From NCBI GenBank assembly GCA_951406725.2, contig OX597830.1:72354001-72418000 (forward strand): a stretch of 64,000 nucleotides of DNA, read 5' to 3'. The notes under the pieces are model-generated. The model made no database searches. It had not been told where the DNA came from and worked only from the letters and a program-made list of their open reading frames with translations. Origin of the DNA: Octopus vulgaris (lineage: Eukaryota). The first letter of the stretch is position 1. Every line of letters starts with the position of its first letter. Positions 29,239 to 42,650 of this stretch are shown piece after piece. A program made the translations under genes and the position numbers.

Positions 29239-29315
<77 letters not shown>

Positions 29316-29424
29316 ATATGACATATATTTCCGTTTATATATATACTGATATGTATGTGTGCGTATATAAATAAATAGAAAGTTACATATATACACGAAC
29401 CTATGCAGACATGTAAATGTAAGT

Positions 29425-29481
<57 letters not shown>

Positions 29482-30019
29482 CATATAGCTACATGCATAT
29501 TTATATGTGTGTGTGTGTGAGTGTGCGTATGTATGTATATGTATACATGTATTTGTATGTATAGCTATGAACACACATGTGTATTTCCATTGTGAGGCAG
29601 GAAAAGTTGACTCCTATATCTGGTATTCCTACTATTTCTCATAGAATATATTTTCGCCATCTTAGATTTAGCAGATGACTATGTTATAGAAAGACGCACC
29701 TCAGTGCAACATCTGCTATAATAAAATGTGACGTGCTTACATACATACATACATACACGGCTTCATTGTATAACGTTCTCAACGAAGAATGTTCGGAAGA
29801 CAGAGTAAGCTTGCTGTTTTGTATGTTCTTTTATTGATACTTCATGGTGGTCTGTTATGAGAAGCAGACCATTAAATTGTTGGGTGAGTCGAAAAGGTTT
29901 TATTTCTAACCCCACCACCACTTTAAATCTGCTTTACATATGATGCCCATTACAGACAAACAATTACATAGACGTATTAACACACAAACACATAGAGATT
30001 AAAAATATATATATATACA

Positions 30020-30181
30020 GGCGCAGGAGTGGCTGTGTGGTAAGTAGCTTGCTAACCAACCACATGGTTCCGGGTTCAGTCCCACTGCGTGGCATCTTGG
30101 GCAAGTGTCTTCTGCTATAGCCCCGGGCCGACCAATGCCTTGTGAGTGGATTTGGTAGACGGAAACTGAAAGAAGCCTGTC

Positions 30182-30246
<65 letters not shown>

Positions 30247-30361
30247 CAGCCGAAATTGCGAGGATGATCCGGTTCTTGACTGAAGATTGAAGGCTTCGAA
30301 TGTCCCGTCCGTGTTTTTTGTGTCGTCTTTCACGTTCTTGTCCCAGTTTGTATATCTTTTT

Positions 30362-30412
<51 letters not shown>

Positions 30413-30610
30413 TTGTGCGTGTGTCTCTGAGTGTGTGTCCAACTATGTAGATGTGTTTAACTTAGCGGCTCGGCAAAAAGTGACCGATAGAATAAGTACG
30501 AGGCTTACAAGTAATCAATCCTCAGATGGATTTCTTAGACTAAAAGCCATTTAAGTAGGTGCCACAGCATGGCTGCTGTCAAATGACTGAAACAAGTGAA
30601 AGAATAAAGA
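30020..30610 (+). mobile_element. SINE family A interrupted in its (TA)n by a ~125-bp insert (30240-30365)
   Basis: 5' half at 30020-30183; more diverged 3' half at ~30410-30610. Confidence 0.8.
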
Positions 30611-30665
30611 ATATATATATATATGTATCTATACATAAATGCGTATGTATGTATGTGTGTATATG

Positions 30666-30696
<31 letters not shown>

Positions 30697-30954
30697 ATAC
30701 ATACATACATACATACATACATACATACATACATACATACATACATACATACATACATACATACATACATTTCTAATTTCCAAGGAAATTGTTAACACTC
30801 TTGACAAACTGAAACACGTTGGCCAATTTGTAAGCAGACCATAAATAAAATATAGCCAGTCTATGATATTCTGAAGTTACAGTTTCCTTTGATCACAAGT
30901 TCTGAGAAATCGATATACATACACACACATATGTACACACACACACACACACAT

Positions 30955-31026
<72 letters not shown>

Positions 31027-31225
31027 GCACACACATATATCTATATCTATATCTATCTATATATATATATATATATATATTTATATACATCTGACTCTCT
31101 CTCACTCTCTCTCCCTATACATATATGTGTGTGTGTGTATCAGTTATGGTAAATGAATTATGATGGGATTAAAATATAGCCTTTGTTTTTCAATAAAATA
31201 AGGTCGTCTCGGTTGATACATACAC

Positions 31226-31261
<36 letters not shown>

Positions 31262-31268
31262 CTGAGGT

Positions 31269-31269
<1 letters not shown>

Positions 31270-31333
<64 letters not shown>

Positions 31334-31344
31334 TAATAATAATA

Positions 31345-31380
<36 letters not shown>

Positions 31381-31542
31381 TGGTGATGATGATGATGATG
31401 ATGATGATGATGGTGGTTGTGGTGGTGGTGATGATGATGATGATGATGATGATGATGACGATGACGACGATGATGATGATGATGAAGATGATAATGATGA
31501 TGATATATGATGATGATAATAATAATAATAGTAATAATAATA

Positions 31543-31577
<35 letters not shown>

Positions 31578-31600
31578 TATAATAATAACAACAATAATAA
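31270..31600 (+). repeat. Compound (AAT)n/(GAT)n/(GGT)n trinucleotide microsatellite
   Basis: Seen directly. Confidence 0.95.
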
Positions 31601-32066
31601 GGAAAAAAATGCAATAAAAAAGCAAAAATATCTTTCTAAATCAATGTATATCCTTATTACCTGGCATTTCCGTTGATCGATTTATCAATATCGATAATTG
31701 TTTCATGCATAGTTAACGAATGTTTAGATTGATAATAAATAAACAATAAAACAACGGTTATTGATTTTATATTGCTGAAGAGTGCAACCTGTGCGGCGGA
31801 TTGGAAGAAATACTGTCGCGGTAAGAACGGCAGGCGCAGAGTTGGCGGTGTGGTTCGTACCAGGGTTCATTCTTTCTGCGTGTCATCTTGTGTGTCACCT
31901 GCTATTGCCCCGCCACAACCAAAGACCTGTGAGTGAATTTGATTGATGTAATCTAAAAGAATTTGATTGATGTAAATTAAAAGCACAAAAGGATCTATCT
32001 CTACATAGACATATAAAGATATACATAGATATACACACTCACACTCACACACAATATATATATATA

Positions 32067-32295
32067 TTTCTTTACTACCCACAAGCTGGTAAACACAGAG
32101 GGGACAAACAAGGACTGACAAACGGATTAAGTCGATTACATCGACCCCAGTACGTAACTGGTACTTTATTTATCGACCCTGAAAGGATGAAAGGCAAAGT
32201 CGACCTCGGCAGAATTTGAACCCAGAACGTAACAACAGACGAAATACGGCTACGCATTTCGCCCGGCGTGCTAACGTTTCTGCCAGTTCGCCGCC
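32067..32295 (-). mobile_element. SINE family B, full length
   Basis: Near-identical to other family B copies. Confidence 0.92.
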
Positions 32296-32324
32296 TAAAT
32301 ATATATATTTATATATATATATAG

Positions 32325-32702
32325 TTGCTTCAGTCAATAGTTTGCGGCCATGCTGGAGTGCAATCTTGAATAATTTTAGTTGAACCAATCGAACACAATA
32401 CTTATTATTTTCGGCCTGGTTTTTATTCTGTCGCTCTCTTTTGCTGAACCGCTAAGTTACGGGTACATAGACATTGCAACACCTGTTGTCAAATGGTGGT
32501 AGCAGACAAACACACACATGATACACATGCATACATATGCACATATATATTTATGACGGGCCTCTTTAAGTTTCCATCTACCAGACCCATTGAGAAGGTT
32601 TTGAAACACTATAAGAGACATTTTCTCAAATAACACGGAGTGGGAACTGAACCTCTGGAATGACGTGATTGGGACGCAAATTTCTTATTACAAGGCCACG
32701 TC
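32325..32702 (-). mobile_element. SINE family A, diverged
   Basis: Colinear with family A. Confidence 0.8.
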
Positions 32703-32832
32703 CAAGACAAAAGAGAAGCAATGTCCGGTCACTTGGAATAAAGAAGTTCCGAGTGACACATAAACGAAACAATATATTTTGTATGACTAAGGGTTATATG
32801 CAATCTATCTATCTATCTGGCATTTAATACGT

Positions 32833-32876
<44 letters not shown>

Positions 32877-32878
<2 letters not shown>

Positions 32879-33288
32879 CGCAGGAGTGGCTGTGTGGTAA
32901 GTAGCTTGTTTACCAACCACATGGTTCCGGGTTCAGTCCCACTGCGTGGCACCTTGGGCAAGTGTCTTCTACTATAGCCTCGGGCCAACCAAAGCCTTGT
33001 GAGTGGATTTGGTAGACGGAAACTGAAAGAAGCCCGTCGTATATATGTATATATATATATATGCGTGTGTGTGTTTGTGTATCTATGTTTGTCCCCCTAG
33101 CATTGCTTGACAACCGATGCTGGTGTGTTTATGTCCCCGTTACTTAGCGGTTCGGCAAAAGAGACCGATAGAATAAGTACTGGGCTTACAAAAGAAGTCC
33201 CGGGGTCGAGTTGCTCGATTAAAGGCGGTGCTCCAGCATGGCCGCAGTCAAATGACTGAAACAAGTAAAAGAGTAAAAGAGTAAGAGT
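32877..33288 (+). mobile_element. SINE family A, full length, young
   Basis: Intact A and B boxes (TGGCTGTGTGG, GGTTCAGTCC) and GTAAAAGA tail repeats. Confidence 0.93.
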
Positions 33289-33344
33289 ATATACTGTACA
33301 CATACACACGCGCGCACACACACACATATATATTTAATCAGATG

Positions 33345-33560
33345 GAATACTCGAACAATAGCAAAAGAAAAAGAGGATGTGCACATAGAATGTAGTATTA
33401 GTTTGACGGACGGCAACTGTCGAAAAAAAAGATAATTCTTAACGTTTCGATCATTGCTCTTCGTCAAATAGACAAACGGAAAATACAAGATAAGTAAAAA
33501 GATCACCAACAGTAGGCCTGTGCCTACATGACTGACACTCACACGCATCGTATTAAGTCA
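33345..33560 (-). mobile_element. Diverged PLE-type repeat with decayed hammerhead motif (33437-33471)
   Basis: Minus strand TTGACGA-A-GAGC-AAT-GATC-GAAA-CGTT; related to the 6130 and 34490 family. Confidence 0.45.
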
Positions 33561-33622
33561 TACAGACGTTGAAACAGACAGACAGAAACAATTAGATAGA
33601 GAGACAGACAAATATATATATA

Positions 33623-34433
33623 TCACCTCGACCGTCCTGTCCGTCGGGCGTCCATATGACACCGCTGGTCACAGCACGCTGACCACTCCTCTCTGAATCG
33701 CACCTTTCTCATCCACGTTGTCCCAATCGCCCTCCTAAAATCGTAACTTTACAGTCGTGGAGGCCTTCCGACTGGTCGTTTCCACTCGCGCGGGTACCAC
33801 TCGATAACTGTGCGGGTGCACCGATTATCGGGAAGACGGGCGACCTCTCCAGCCCATCTAAACTTGCTGCGTGTATATTCTACGATGACATCCCCTATGC
33901 CGACTTCTGTCTGATTACCTCACTACTGATGTACTCTCTCTACGAGATTCCAAGCATTGACCTCTCCATGGTTCTTTAAGCCGTAACCAATCTCTGCTCT
34001 TCTCTCTTTGTTGTAGCCCATGTTTCACTACCATATAACAATGCTTGTAGGACTGTGCTATCGATGAGGTTGGCGCGGGTGGTCCTGTCCAACCTTCCTT
34101 TGAGCACATCCCTTATGCCATTAAACGCCTTTCATCCGGCCCTTACTCTCCACGAGATCTCCTTTCCGATGTCTCGGCACACATTCATTTCCTGTCCCAG
34201 GAAGACATTCCTTTACCTCCTCTGTTTCAACATGGCCGACCACGATTCGACCTGATAAGAGCGAGAAAGAAAGAGAGTTTGCGAAGACTTCTACAAGATC
34301 TTCAAGTCTACCAGAAATGTCCAACCGTTACCACCTCTCCAATAGGAAGAAAGTGTGCCACCTATCCTTGTCAGTGAGGTCGAAAGAGCCATCGGCTTCA
34401 TGAAAAACGGAAAGGCTCCAGGGAAAGACGGTA
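33623..34433 (-). pseudogene. RTE-clade LINE relic with inverted 5' segment
   Basis: 33623-34250 minus strand: LLYGSETW...KFRWAGEVARLPDNR..IEWYPREWKRPVGRPP. 34255-34433 plus strand: VPPILVSEVERAIGFMKNGKAPGKDGI (RT N-terminal region). Confidence 0.88.
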
Positions 34434-34485
34434 TATATATATATATATATATACCGTCTTTCCCTGGCGCATTTCCGTTTTTCAT
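34400..34485. repeat. Near-perfect palindrome centred on (TA)n
   Basis: 32-bp arms ATGAAAAACGGAAAGGCTCCAGGGAAAGACGG with 2 mismatches and a self-complementary (TA)n centre. Confidence 0.93.
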
Positions 34486-34489
34486 TCAA

Positions 34490-34673
34490 AATGTGACCGC
34501 GTGTGTACGGTTGGCGATTTTTTTCCTCCGTCTTCCCATCTTTGGATCTTTCCTTCTCCTATGTTTCCGACGAAGAGCTCCGCTCGAAACGTTAATCCCT
34601 CCTTCTTTCCTTTTTTCCTGAGCGTCCAATAATACTATACTTGTTCCACGTCCTCGGCTTGTTGTGTTCGGTT

Positions 34674-34678
<5 letters not shown>
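34490..34678 (+). mobile_element. PLE-type short repeat with minimal hammerhead motif (34563-34597)
   Basis: GTTT-CCGACGA-A-GAGC-TCC-GCTC-GAAA-CGTT; sister copy of 2319-2462; ends at (TA)n. Confidence 0.7.
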
Positions 34679-34709
<31 letters not shown>

Positions 34710-34710
34710 C

Positions 34711-34753
<43 letters not shown>

Positions 34754-34768
34754 CACACATAAATATAT

Positions 34769-34819
<51 letters not shown>

Positions 34820-35149
34820 TAGATAGAAGATAGATACATTTACTACTGATAGTTATGTCAATGTATGTGATTATATACTATAATATACGTCACTCAAGTT
34901 CAGCATTTTAATCAGGCTGGATTACAAACGATTTTGCTGAAAATAATCATTGTATTTGATAAATTAGTTTCCGCTACGTCAAAGCGTTATCAATATTTTT
35001 CCAGGCAATACACTTTTTGTTGCAATAATCCTCTTCTTAAACCTTGTTTTCGTTTGTAGCATATGGTGGTATTGTTTTGATTGTGTTCCGGCAAATTTCT
35101 TGATTAGATTCATAGAATTATTCACGAATATAGAAACAGAGAGACTGAA

Positions 35150-35180
<31 letters not shown>

Positions 35181-35273
35181 TGTTTGTATGTCTGTATGTT
35201 TGTAGTTTCTACATCTGTATGTGTGTGTGTGTGTGTTTGTGTATGTATGTATATATATATATATATATATATT

Positions 35274-35492
35274 GTGGAGGCGCAATGGCCTAGCGGTTAG
35301 GGCAGCGGACTTGCGGTCGGAGGATCGCGGTTTCGATTCCCAGACCGGGCGTTGTGTGTGTTTATTGAGCGAAAAAACACCTAAAAGCTCCACGAGGCTC
35401 CGGCAGGAGGTGGTGATCCCTGCTGTACTCTTTCACCACTCTAAAAGGCGGTGCTCCAGCATGGCCGCAGTCAAATGACTGAAACAAGTACA
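35274..35492 (+). mobile_element. Chimeric SINE: family C head fused to family A 3' tip
   Basis: Family C sequence runs to ~35440, then AAAGGCGGTGCTCCAGCATGGCCGCAGTCAAATGACTGAAACAAGTA. Confidence 0.85.
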
Positions 35493-35493
35493 A

Positions 35494-35544
<51 letters not shown>

Positions 35545-35614
35545 AAAGCTTTTAGTCAAGGTTTTTAGGCAACGTCCTCGCGTTGTTTTTCTTGCTTGTT
35601 CATGTTTGGATTAA

Positions 35615-35654
<40 letters not shown>

Positions 35655-36199
35655 ACTAATATATATATATATATATATATATGCGTATGCGTGTGTACAC
35701 ACGCACACAAATACGCATGGCATGTTCAAAGACAGTGTAGGGAAAGACAGACAGCTATATACATACATACACACATGCACACACACTCGTATTTTTGTGT
35801 GTGTGTGTGTAGATTAACATGTGTGTATATATCTATATATATATGCGTATGTGTGTTTGTCTGCACACGCAAATATGCATACATGCTTGGGAATACGCAC
35901 ACAGACACATGTTGAGGGAGCGTGTGGGGTAAGACAAACAAGTAAACACACACAGAGAATGACACACACACACACACAAACGCACACACACTTACACACA
36001 CACATATAAACACACCAATCAATATTCTGTTAGATAAAACAACTACATAGATTCTTTGTGTACTGCGTGACATAAAGTTCAATTTCACGTTTATCATTCA
36101 TTTGTCAAGTAAAAAGGGTCATTAAGTTCGAATGTGATTTGTTACTAGTATCAGTTATGTTAATAATAATAATAATAATAATTGATACTAATACAGATA

Positions 36200-36415
36200 T
36201 ATAAATTGTTGTATGTATGAGTTCATCAAGGTTGTAAGTCTACAGAATATGGCAGTCATCTACATATTGTTCCCAATTTTTCAGCAGATAATTATGGAAA
36301 TTTATACCGTACATTATTTTTGGCTTGTTTATACATTTATACTTCCAGATATATCATGACAGTAAGCGTATGATGTCATTGTATCCATCTCGATTCCAGA
36401 TATTTGTTGGTACCA
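36200..36415 (-). pseudogene. Penelope-like element RT catalytic core relic
   Basis: WYQQISGIEMDT (QxxGxxMG-like) and YGINFHNYLLKNWEQYVDDCHIL (YxDD motif). Confidence 0.7.
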
Positions 36416-36843
36416 AGCTTGTGTCTTTGTCTTATAATATGCCTTATGAAAATGCAAAATAGCTTGTGAGGATATGTATCTATATACTTATTTCTCTCCC
36501 TCTCTCCTTCTCAAGTTATTTCTTGCTCTCTAAACATATAAGACCTTATTCCATGTCCTCGTACTTCGTATTTTTTGTTGTTTATGTTTTGTGACGTCCT
36601 GTGTCCACATATGCATAGGTATATACGTATACATATAAGTATGTACGTATGCGTATATATATATGCATATATATATGCGTATATATATGCATATATATAT
36701 ATATATATATATATATTTTTATATTATTTATATTATTATATGATTAAACGCATTAAAATAGATAATAAATCCATATTCCTTTTACAATTTAATTGAAACA
36801 AATGGTACGTGTTGCTTATTACATGGTAGAATAAAATAGATCT

Positions 36844-37470
36844 TCATATTTCAGCGTAAGCACCGTTGGCGTCAACCAGTTTCCTCAAACGGCCAGGGAT
36901 GGAATGAATAACCTTCTGAAGGCCGTTGTCTAGAGTATCCTTGAGAATCTCCTGAAGCCTTGTCCTCAAGTCCTCCGGCGTGCGATCGGTATTATAACAT
37001 CCCAGCTTCGTCGCTCCAAAGGTATTTTCAAACAATTCAGGCCAGTCTTCATACCAACCAATCATTAACTAACCATATTCAATCCTGCGGTCACAGTCTT
37101 CAGGTTTTAGCTCCTACGTGTAATGGGGTTTCCAAAGACGAAAAAAAATTCAATTCGTTATGCAACATCGTACATATTGTGTATCTTGTTAGTACACTTT
37201 CACAAGCTGCTTGATGTGTTGATTTTTGCGAGCTGTGATTAAACATCCCCTGCACTGTTGCCACGTTCTCCAATGATCTGGATATGTTTGGACGACCACT
37301 TCTTCTTGCATCATTCACTGAGCCCGTGGTCACCAATCTTACATGACAACTTTTTATTGTCTCCGGGCGTAGTGTTGAATGATTACTTTTCCATGCACGC
37401 CACCAAAACAACGGAATTTCAGACTTCATAGCGTGCTTGCTATCTTAACTCGCTCCTGAACAATCAAGCG
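36844..37470 (-). pseudogene. Tc1/mariner superfamily (maT-like) transposase relic, internally deleted
   Basis: N-terminal TGSVNDARRSGRPNISRSLENVATV; C-terminal EDLRTRLQE...GRLRKLVDANGAYAEI. Confidence 0.8.
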
Positions 37471-37499
37471 GCAGGTCATCTGGAAAATAAGAAATAAAT

Positions 37500-37935
37500 T
37501 TGAGAGAGGTTTCGATTATGGCAAGGAAGTTACTAAGTCTGTGAGTTTCACTGGCGGGCATGCTAAAATTGGTCTTAGTTTGAGATCCTTCAGAAAGGAT
37601 ATATTTATGCAGATTGACTGAGATATTTTGCAGGATTCATTAATTATTTTATTTTTGTAGATTTTGGGAAGTCCGATGAAGAAACTGGTGTTGGTTATAA
37701 AATTTGTGAGATAATCAATTTCTATATTAATTAAGCTTTTTTTCCTGTTGGTTTATTATATTGTTAAGCTTAGGCTCTGTTTTTGTTTGTTGGTAGTTTT
37801 TTTATATTATTTTATATTGTGTTTTGTCTTGATATTGAGTTAATGCGTCATTTCGTATTGTTCCAAGTTCATAATAACAGCATTTCCCTTATCAGTTTCT
37901 TTTATAACTATTTTCTTATATTTTTTTAGATCATT
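37500..37935 (-). pseudogene. Penelope-like element RT N-terminal relic
   Basis: IVIKETDKGNAVIM, FFIGLPKIYK, LKLRPILAC, THRLSNFL: the ADKG / YGLPKIHK / RPI motifs of PLE RT. Confidence 0.8.
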
Positions 37936-38390
37936 CTGTTCGACGAGTGAGAAAGACTGAAAGTGATATATATATATATGCATATATGTGTATATTTGTA
38001 CATAAGTTGAATCAGATCGACCCAAGATATAATAAAACGGTTTCCAGTCAAGACCATCCAAATTTTCCCTATGTGCAAACTACGTAAATCTTTATTATCC
38101 AGCGTGCCATTTTCTCAATATGTCTGCTGTTTCTATTCAGGCCATTCTGGCGAAAACGCAGAGGTAACCTCACTGGCTATTTTGCATTTTCTTAAGGATT
38201 AATACATGTAAAAGACACAAACTTGGTTCTGTGGTAAGAAGCTTTCTTTCCAGCCATGAGATCCTGGGATCAATCTCACTACAGGATACCATGGGTAAGT
38301 GTCTTTCAATAAGGCCTGACCAGCAGATGCCGTGTCAGCACATTTGGTTGCTGGAAAATAATAGACGCCGTCCTATATATAAATATATAC

Positions 38391-38619
38391 ATTTCTTTAC
38401 TACCTACAAGGGGCTAAACATAGAGGGGACAAACAAGGACAGACAAAGGGATTAAGTCGATTACATCAACCCAGTGCGAAACTGGTACTTTATTTATCGA
38501 CCCCGAGAGGATGAAAGGCAAAGTCGACCTCAGCGGAATTTGAACTCAAAACGTAACGACAGACGAAATACCACAAAGCATTTCGCCCGGCGCGCTAACG
38601 TTTCTGCCAGCTCGCCGCC
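38391..38619 (-). mobile_element. SINE family B, full length
   Basis: Colinear with family B. Confidence 0.9.
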
Positions 38620-38707
38620 TCTCATGTATATAAATATATACACATACACATACACGCACATATGTAAATACACGTACAGTCACATGTATACACGCACTTG
38701 TAAATAT

Positions 38708-39003
38708 GTGGAGGCACATGGCCTTGTGGTTACAGCAGCGGACTCGCAGTCGAGGGATCGCGGGTTCGAATCTCAGACTGGGCGATGTGTGTGTTTATGA
38801 GCGAAAACTCCTATGTCTCCGGCAGAAGGTAATGGCGAACTTCTGCTGACTCTTTCACCACAACTTTCTCTCACTCTTTCCTCCTGCATCTTGCAGCTCA
38901 CCTGCGACGGACCAGCGTCCCGTTCAGGTGGGGAACCTATACGCCAAGGAAACCAGGAAACCGGCCCTTATGAGCTAGGCATGGCTCGAGAAAGATTAAA
39001 CAA
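38708..39003 (+). mobile_element. SINE family C-type head with V-domain-like tail
   Basis: CCTGCGACGGACCAGCGTCCCGTTCAGGTGGGG...GAAACCAGGAAACCGGCCC; probable TSD TAAATATGTG; sister copy at 59934. Confidence 0.8.
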
Positions 39004-39112
39004 AAAAAACTTATAAATATGTGTGTGTGTGTGCACATATAAATATATACACACAAGCACAAACGTACACTAGATATATACACATACACACTTCCAATCA
39101 GCATTGATTGTC

Positions 39113-39366
39113 AAAGCATAAGTCCAAGCAAGGCTGTTTCATGGAAGACCTGTAGTCGCCCATGCATAGCAGCCTCCCTTCTCCACGCTACAGATGTTAT
39201 CCAAGGCTAAGGCAAAGGCCGATACAGCTTGGCACCAATGACGTTGCAACCCATTTCTACAGATGGGTGAACTGGAGCACCGTGAAATAAAGGGTCTTGC
39301 TCAAGAACTCAACTCCAGGGATTCGAACTTACTACCGCATGATTGTGACCTCGCCGCTATAACCAG
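39113..39366 (-). mobile_element. SINE family D
   Basis: B box GTTCGAATCC followed by GTTCTTGAGCAAGAC; matches 17800-18080. Confidence 0.7.
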
Positions 39367-39734
39367 TACTTGTACACTAAATATAATAAATCATAGTTTG
39401 CCTACATACAATCCGATGAATGAAACAAGTAAGAGAAAATCATAAACGATGTAAAACTACATTGTGGACACAATCCTTCCTTTCGCAAGTCGGTGAAGCA
39501 GAATACGGACGCAGTAACTGTCAACATCACAAGTCTAATACGTCATCAGTGTCTTGGTAGGGTTGTGTCTGTGTCGTCGTTGTCGAAATAGCCTCTCTTC
39601 TCAGTTTTACTTTGGTGTCCATCTCGTAAATTTCATATTGTAACATGCATTATTAACGACGGACACATTTAAACAAACAAACAATTTCGTTGTTCGCTGA
39701 CGTGGTCAAGTACTCAACATAGTCATTACTATCC

Positions 39735-39862
<128 letters not shown>

Positions 39863-39952
39863 CAATCTATGTATTTATCTATCTGCCTACCTACCTACCT
39901 AATTATATATGTACATTTAAATTACACACACACACACATATACATGTGTTTG

Positions 39953-39990
<38 letters not shown>

Positions 39991-40004
39991 AACACAAATA
40001 CATA

Positions 40005-40061
<57 letters not shown>

Positions 40062-40143
40062 ATGTATATATATATAATAATTATTTGAGGGAATATTATG
40101 AGAGGTATTTTTCTTATGAGTGAGAAAGTATACCTGAAATTAT

Positions 40144-41045
40144 CGTTCTGAGTTCAAATTCCGCCGAGGCCGACTATGCCTTTCGTTCGTTTTGGGTCGA
40201 TAATATAAGTACCAATTAAACACTGGGGTAAATGTAATCGACTAGCCCCCTCACCCCAAACTTCAGGACTTCTCATTATAGTAGAAAGAATTATGACTAT
40301 TGTTATTAATATTCGGGTCGGCGAGCCGGCCGAATCGTTAGCACGCCGGGAAAAATGCTTAGCAGCATTTCGTCCGTCCTTACGTTAACGGGTTCAAATC
40401 CCACCAAGGTCATTTTTGCCTTTCTTCCTTACGGGGTCGATAAAACAAACATGAATTACGAATTGAGATCGATGTAATCAACCATCTTCCTCCCACCAAA
40501 TTTCAGGCCTTCTGCCTATGGTTGAAAGGATCATTATGCATTAATATTCGAGGCGGTGAACCGGCGGAATCGTTATCATGCCGTACAAAACGCTTAGCGG
40601 CATTTCTTCCGGCTTAACGCTCTAAATTTCAAATTCCATAAAGGATGTAAAAGTATTGTGAGTGGATTTGGTAGATGAAAACTGAATAAAGCCCATCGTG
40701 TGTGTGTGTGTGTGTTTGTCCCCCACCAAACTTGACAACTGGTGTGGTGCTTTTGCATACTTGTAACTTAGTGGGTCAGCAAAAAGAGACCGATGGAATA
40801 AGTATTAAGCTCAAAAAAAAAAGTAAAAAAAAAACTCTGGCATTGATTCATTCAACTAAAATTCTTCAAGGTGGTGCCCCAGCATGGCTACGGTCTAATG
40901 ACCGAAACAAGTAAAGGGTAAAGGTCTACTTTGGCTTTCATCTATCGGGGTCGATAAAAATATAGTACTAATAAAGCACTGGGGACGCTGAATTCGACTA
41001 ACTCCTTTCCCATAAGAAATCAGGCTTCGTGCCTATAGCAGAAAT
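40144..41045 (+). mobile_element. Cluster of tandem diverged family B copies with a family A 3' half (40655-40924)
   Basis: Three head-to-tail B units start at ~40144, ~40316 and ~40551; B sequence resumes at ~40921. Confidence 0.75.
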
Positions 41046-41924
41046 ACGTATTGCTACTGTTGTCTTTAATCGTAAGTCGACTGCTGATCGATCAGAGCTG
41101 ACCTGGAGCTAAATATCAACAACGAGAGCAAACATAACGGTAACAGTAACAATAGTCACGACGCAGTCTCATTTGCCAATGAGCAACGACAACACACCTG
41201 TCTTGTCTAACGGAAACTAACGACCCTATCTCCCTATCTATAAACAATTACCTGCCCGCACCACCAACCAGAAAATCTCTGCTCTCTTGCCTTTGTCTCC
41301 TTCCCTTTCTCTTATCTTACTCTAGCCTTGTGTACACGTCATTGCATTATTTAGGCACACGTGACTGCTATACAATTTTAGCCCCTTCCTCCTATTTTTG
41401 TCAGTCAGTCAGTCAGTCAATCAGCGCAAGGATTGGCTGGTTTTCTTTGTGAGCTTCAAACCGGGTAAAACTGGATTTAAGAAAGAAATATACGAAGGAG
41501 CGATTCATATAGAAGCTTTAGAACAACCAATCAGGATACCTCTAGGGCTGCTCACCATCAAACAATGAAGTATGTGTGAAGTCCCTACCTGGTTGATCAA
41601 CATGCTAGAAATAGCAGTCAGATTGCTTTTATTCCAACTCGCACAAAGTTGTTTTTTTTCAAAACGCATTTGATAACGGAATTCGTTACGCTTTTATAAA
41701 GAAATTCAAGATATTTAGAGAGGGAATATATTTCATCTACGACTGACCTGGGGTAAACAACAATTAACTCCTTACCAATCAATCACTCGGCAGAAAGGCC
41801 GCGTGGTTATTTAATCTCCTAGAAATAACAGCTAAGACCTTCTCTATCAAACGACAGCAAACAATTTTCTTTCCTTTTTTTAATTGTTCTATCATTCAGC
41901 ATAGGGTTCAGAAGCTTAGAGTGA

Positions 41925-42650
41925 AACCTCGTGGTATGGGGTTTCTCTCCCACTGCGTGGCACCTTGGGCAGGTGTCTTCTACTATAGCCAGCGATGAGC
42001 TAACCAAACAAAGCCTTGTGAGTGGATTTGGTAGACGGAAGCTGAAAGGTTCCCATCGAATATGTGTGTGTGTGTGTATGTGTGTGTAAGTACATATATA
42101 TTTAAATGTGTTTCTCCCGGTCTCTAACAACTAGCTGACAACTGGTGTTAGTTTGTTTCCATCCATGTAGCAAAAAGGGACCCATGGTGAGCAGCGAACT
42201 GGCAGAATCGTTACCACGCCGGGCGAAATGCTTAGCGGTATTTCGTCTGCTGCTTACGTTCTGAGTTCAAATTCCGTCGAGGTCGACTTTGCCTTTCATC
42301 CTTTCGGGGTCGATTAAATAAGTACCAGTTATGCACTGGAGTCGATATAATCGACTTAATCCGTTTGTCTGTCCTTGTTTGTCCCCTCTGTGTGTAGCCC
42401 CTTGTGGGCAGTAAAGAAATAAGAATCGTTAGCGCGCTGGAAGTATTGCTTAGCGGCATTTCGCCAACCGCTACATTCTAAGTTAAAATTTCGCCGTGGT
42501 CGACTTTGCCTTTTATCCTTTTGGAGTCGATAAAAAAAGGGGACCCATGGAATAATACCAGGCTTACAAAAAGAGAGGAAAAAATCCTTCAAGCCAGTGT
42601 TGCAGCATGGCCAGTTTTATGACTGAAACACGTTATAGACGAAAGGTAAA
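41925..42650 (+). mobile_element. Family A SINE interrupted by a family B dimer (42188-42533)
   Basis: TSD AAAAAGGGACCCATGG at 42172-42187 and 42534-42550 (one extra G). Confidence 0.82.

Noticed and set aside
41420-41790. Cluster of CCAAT boxes as a promoter
   Set aside because: Short motifs are expected by chance and no linked gene is visible.
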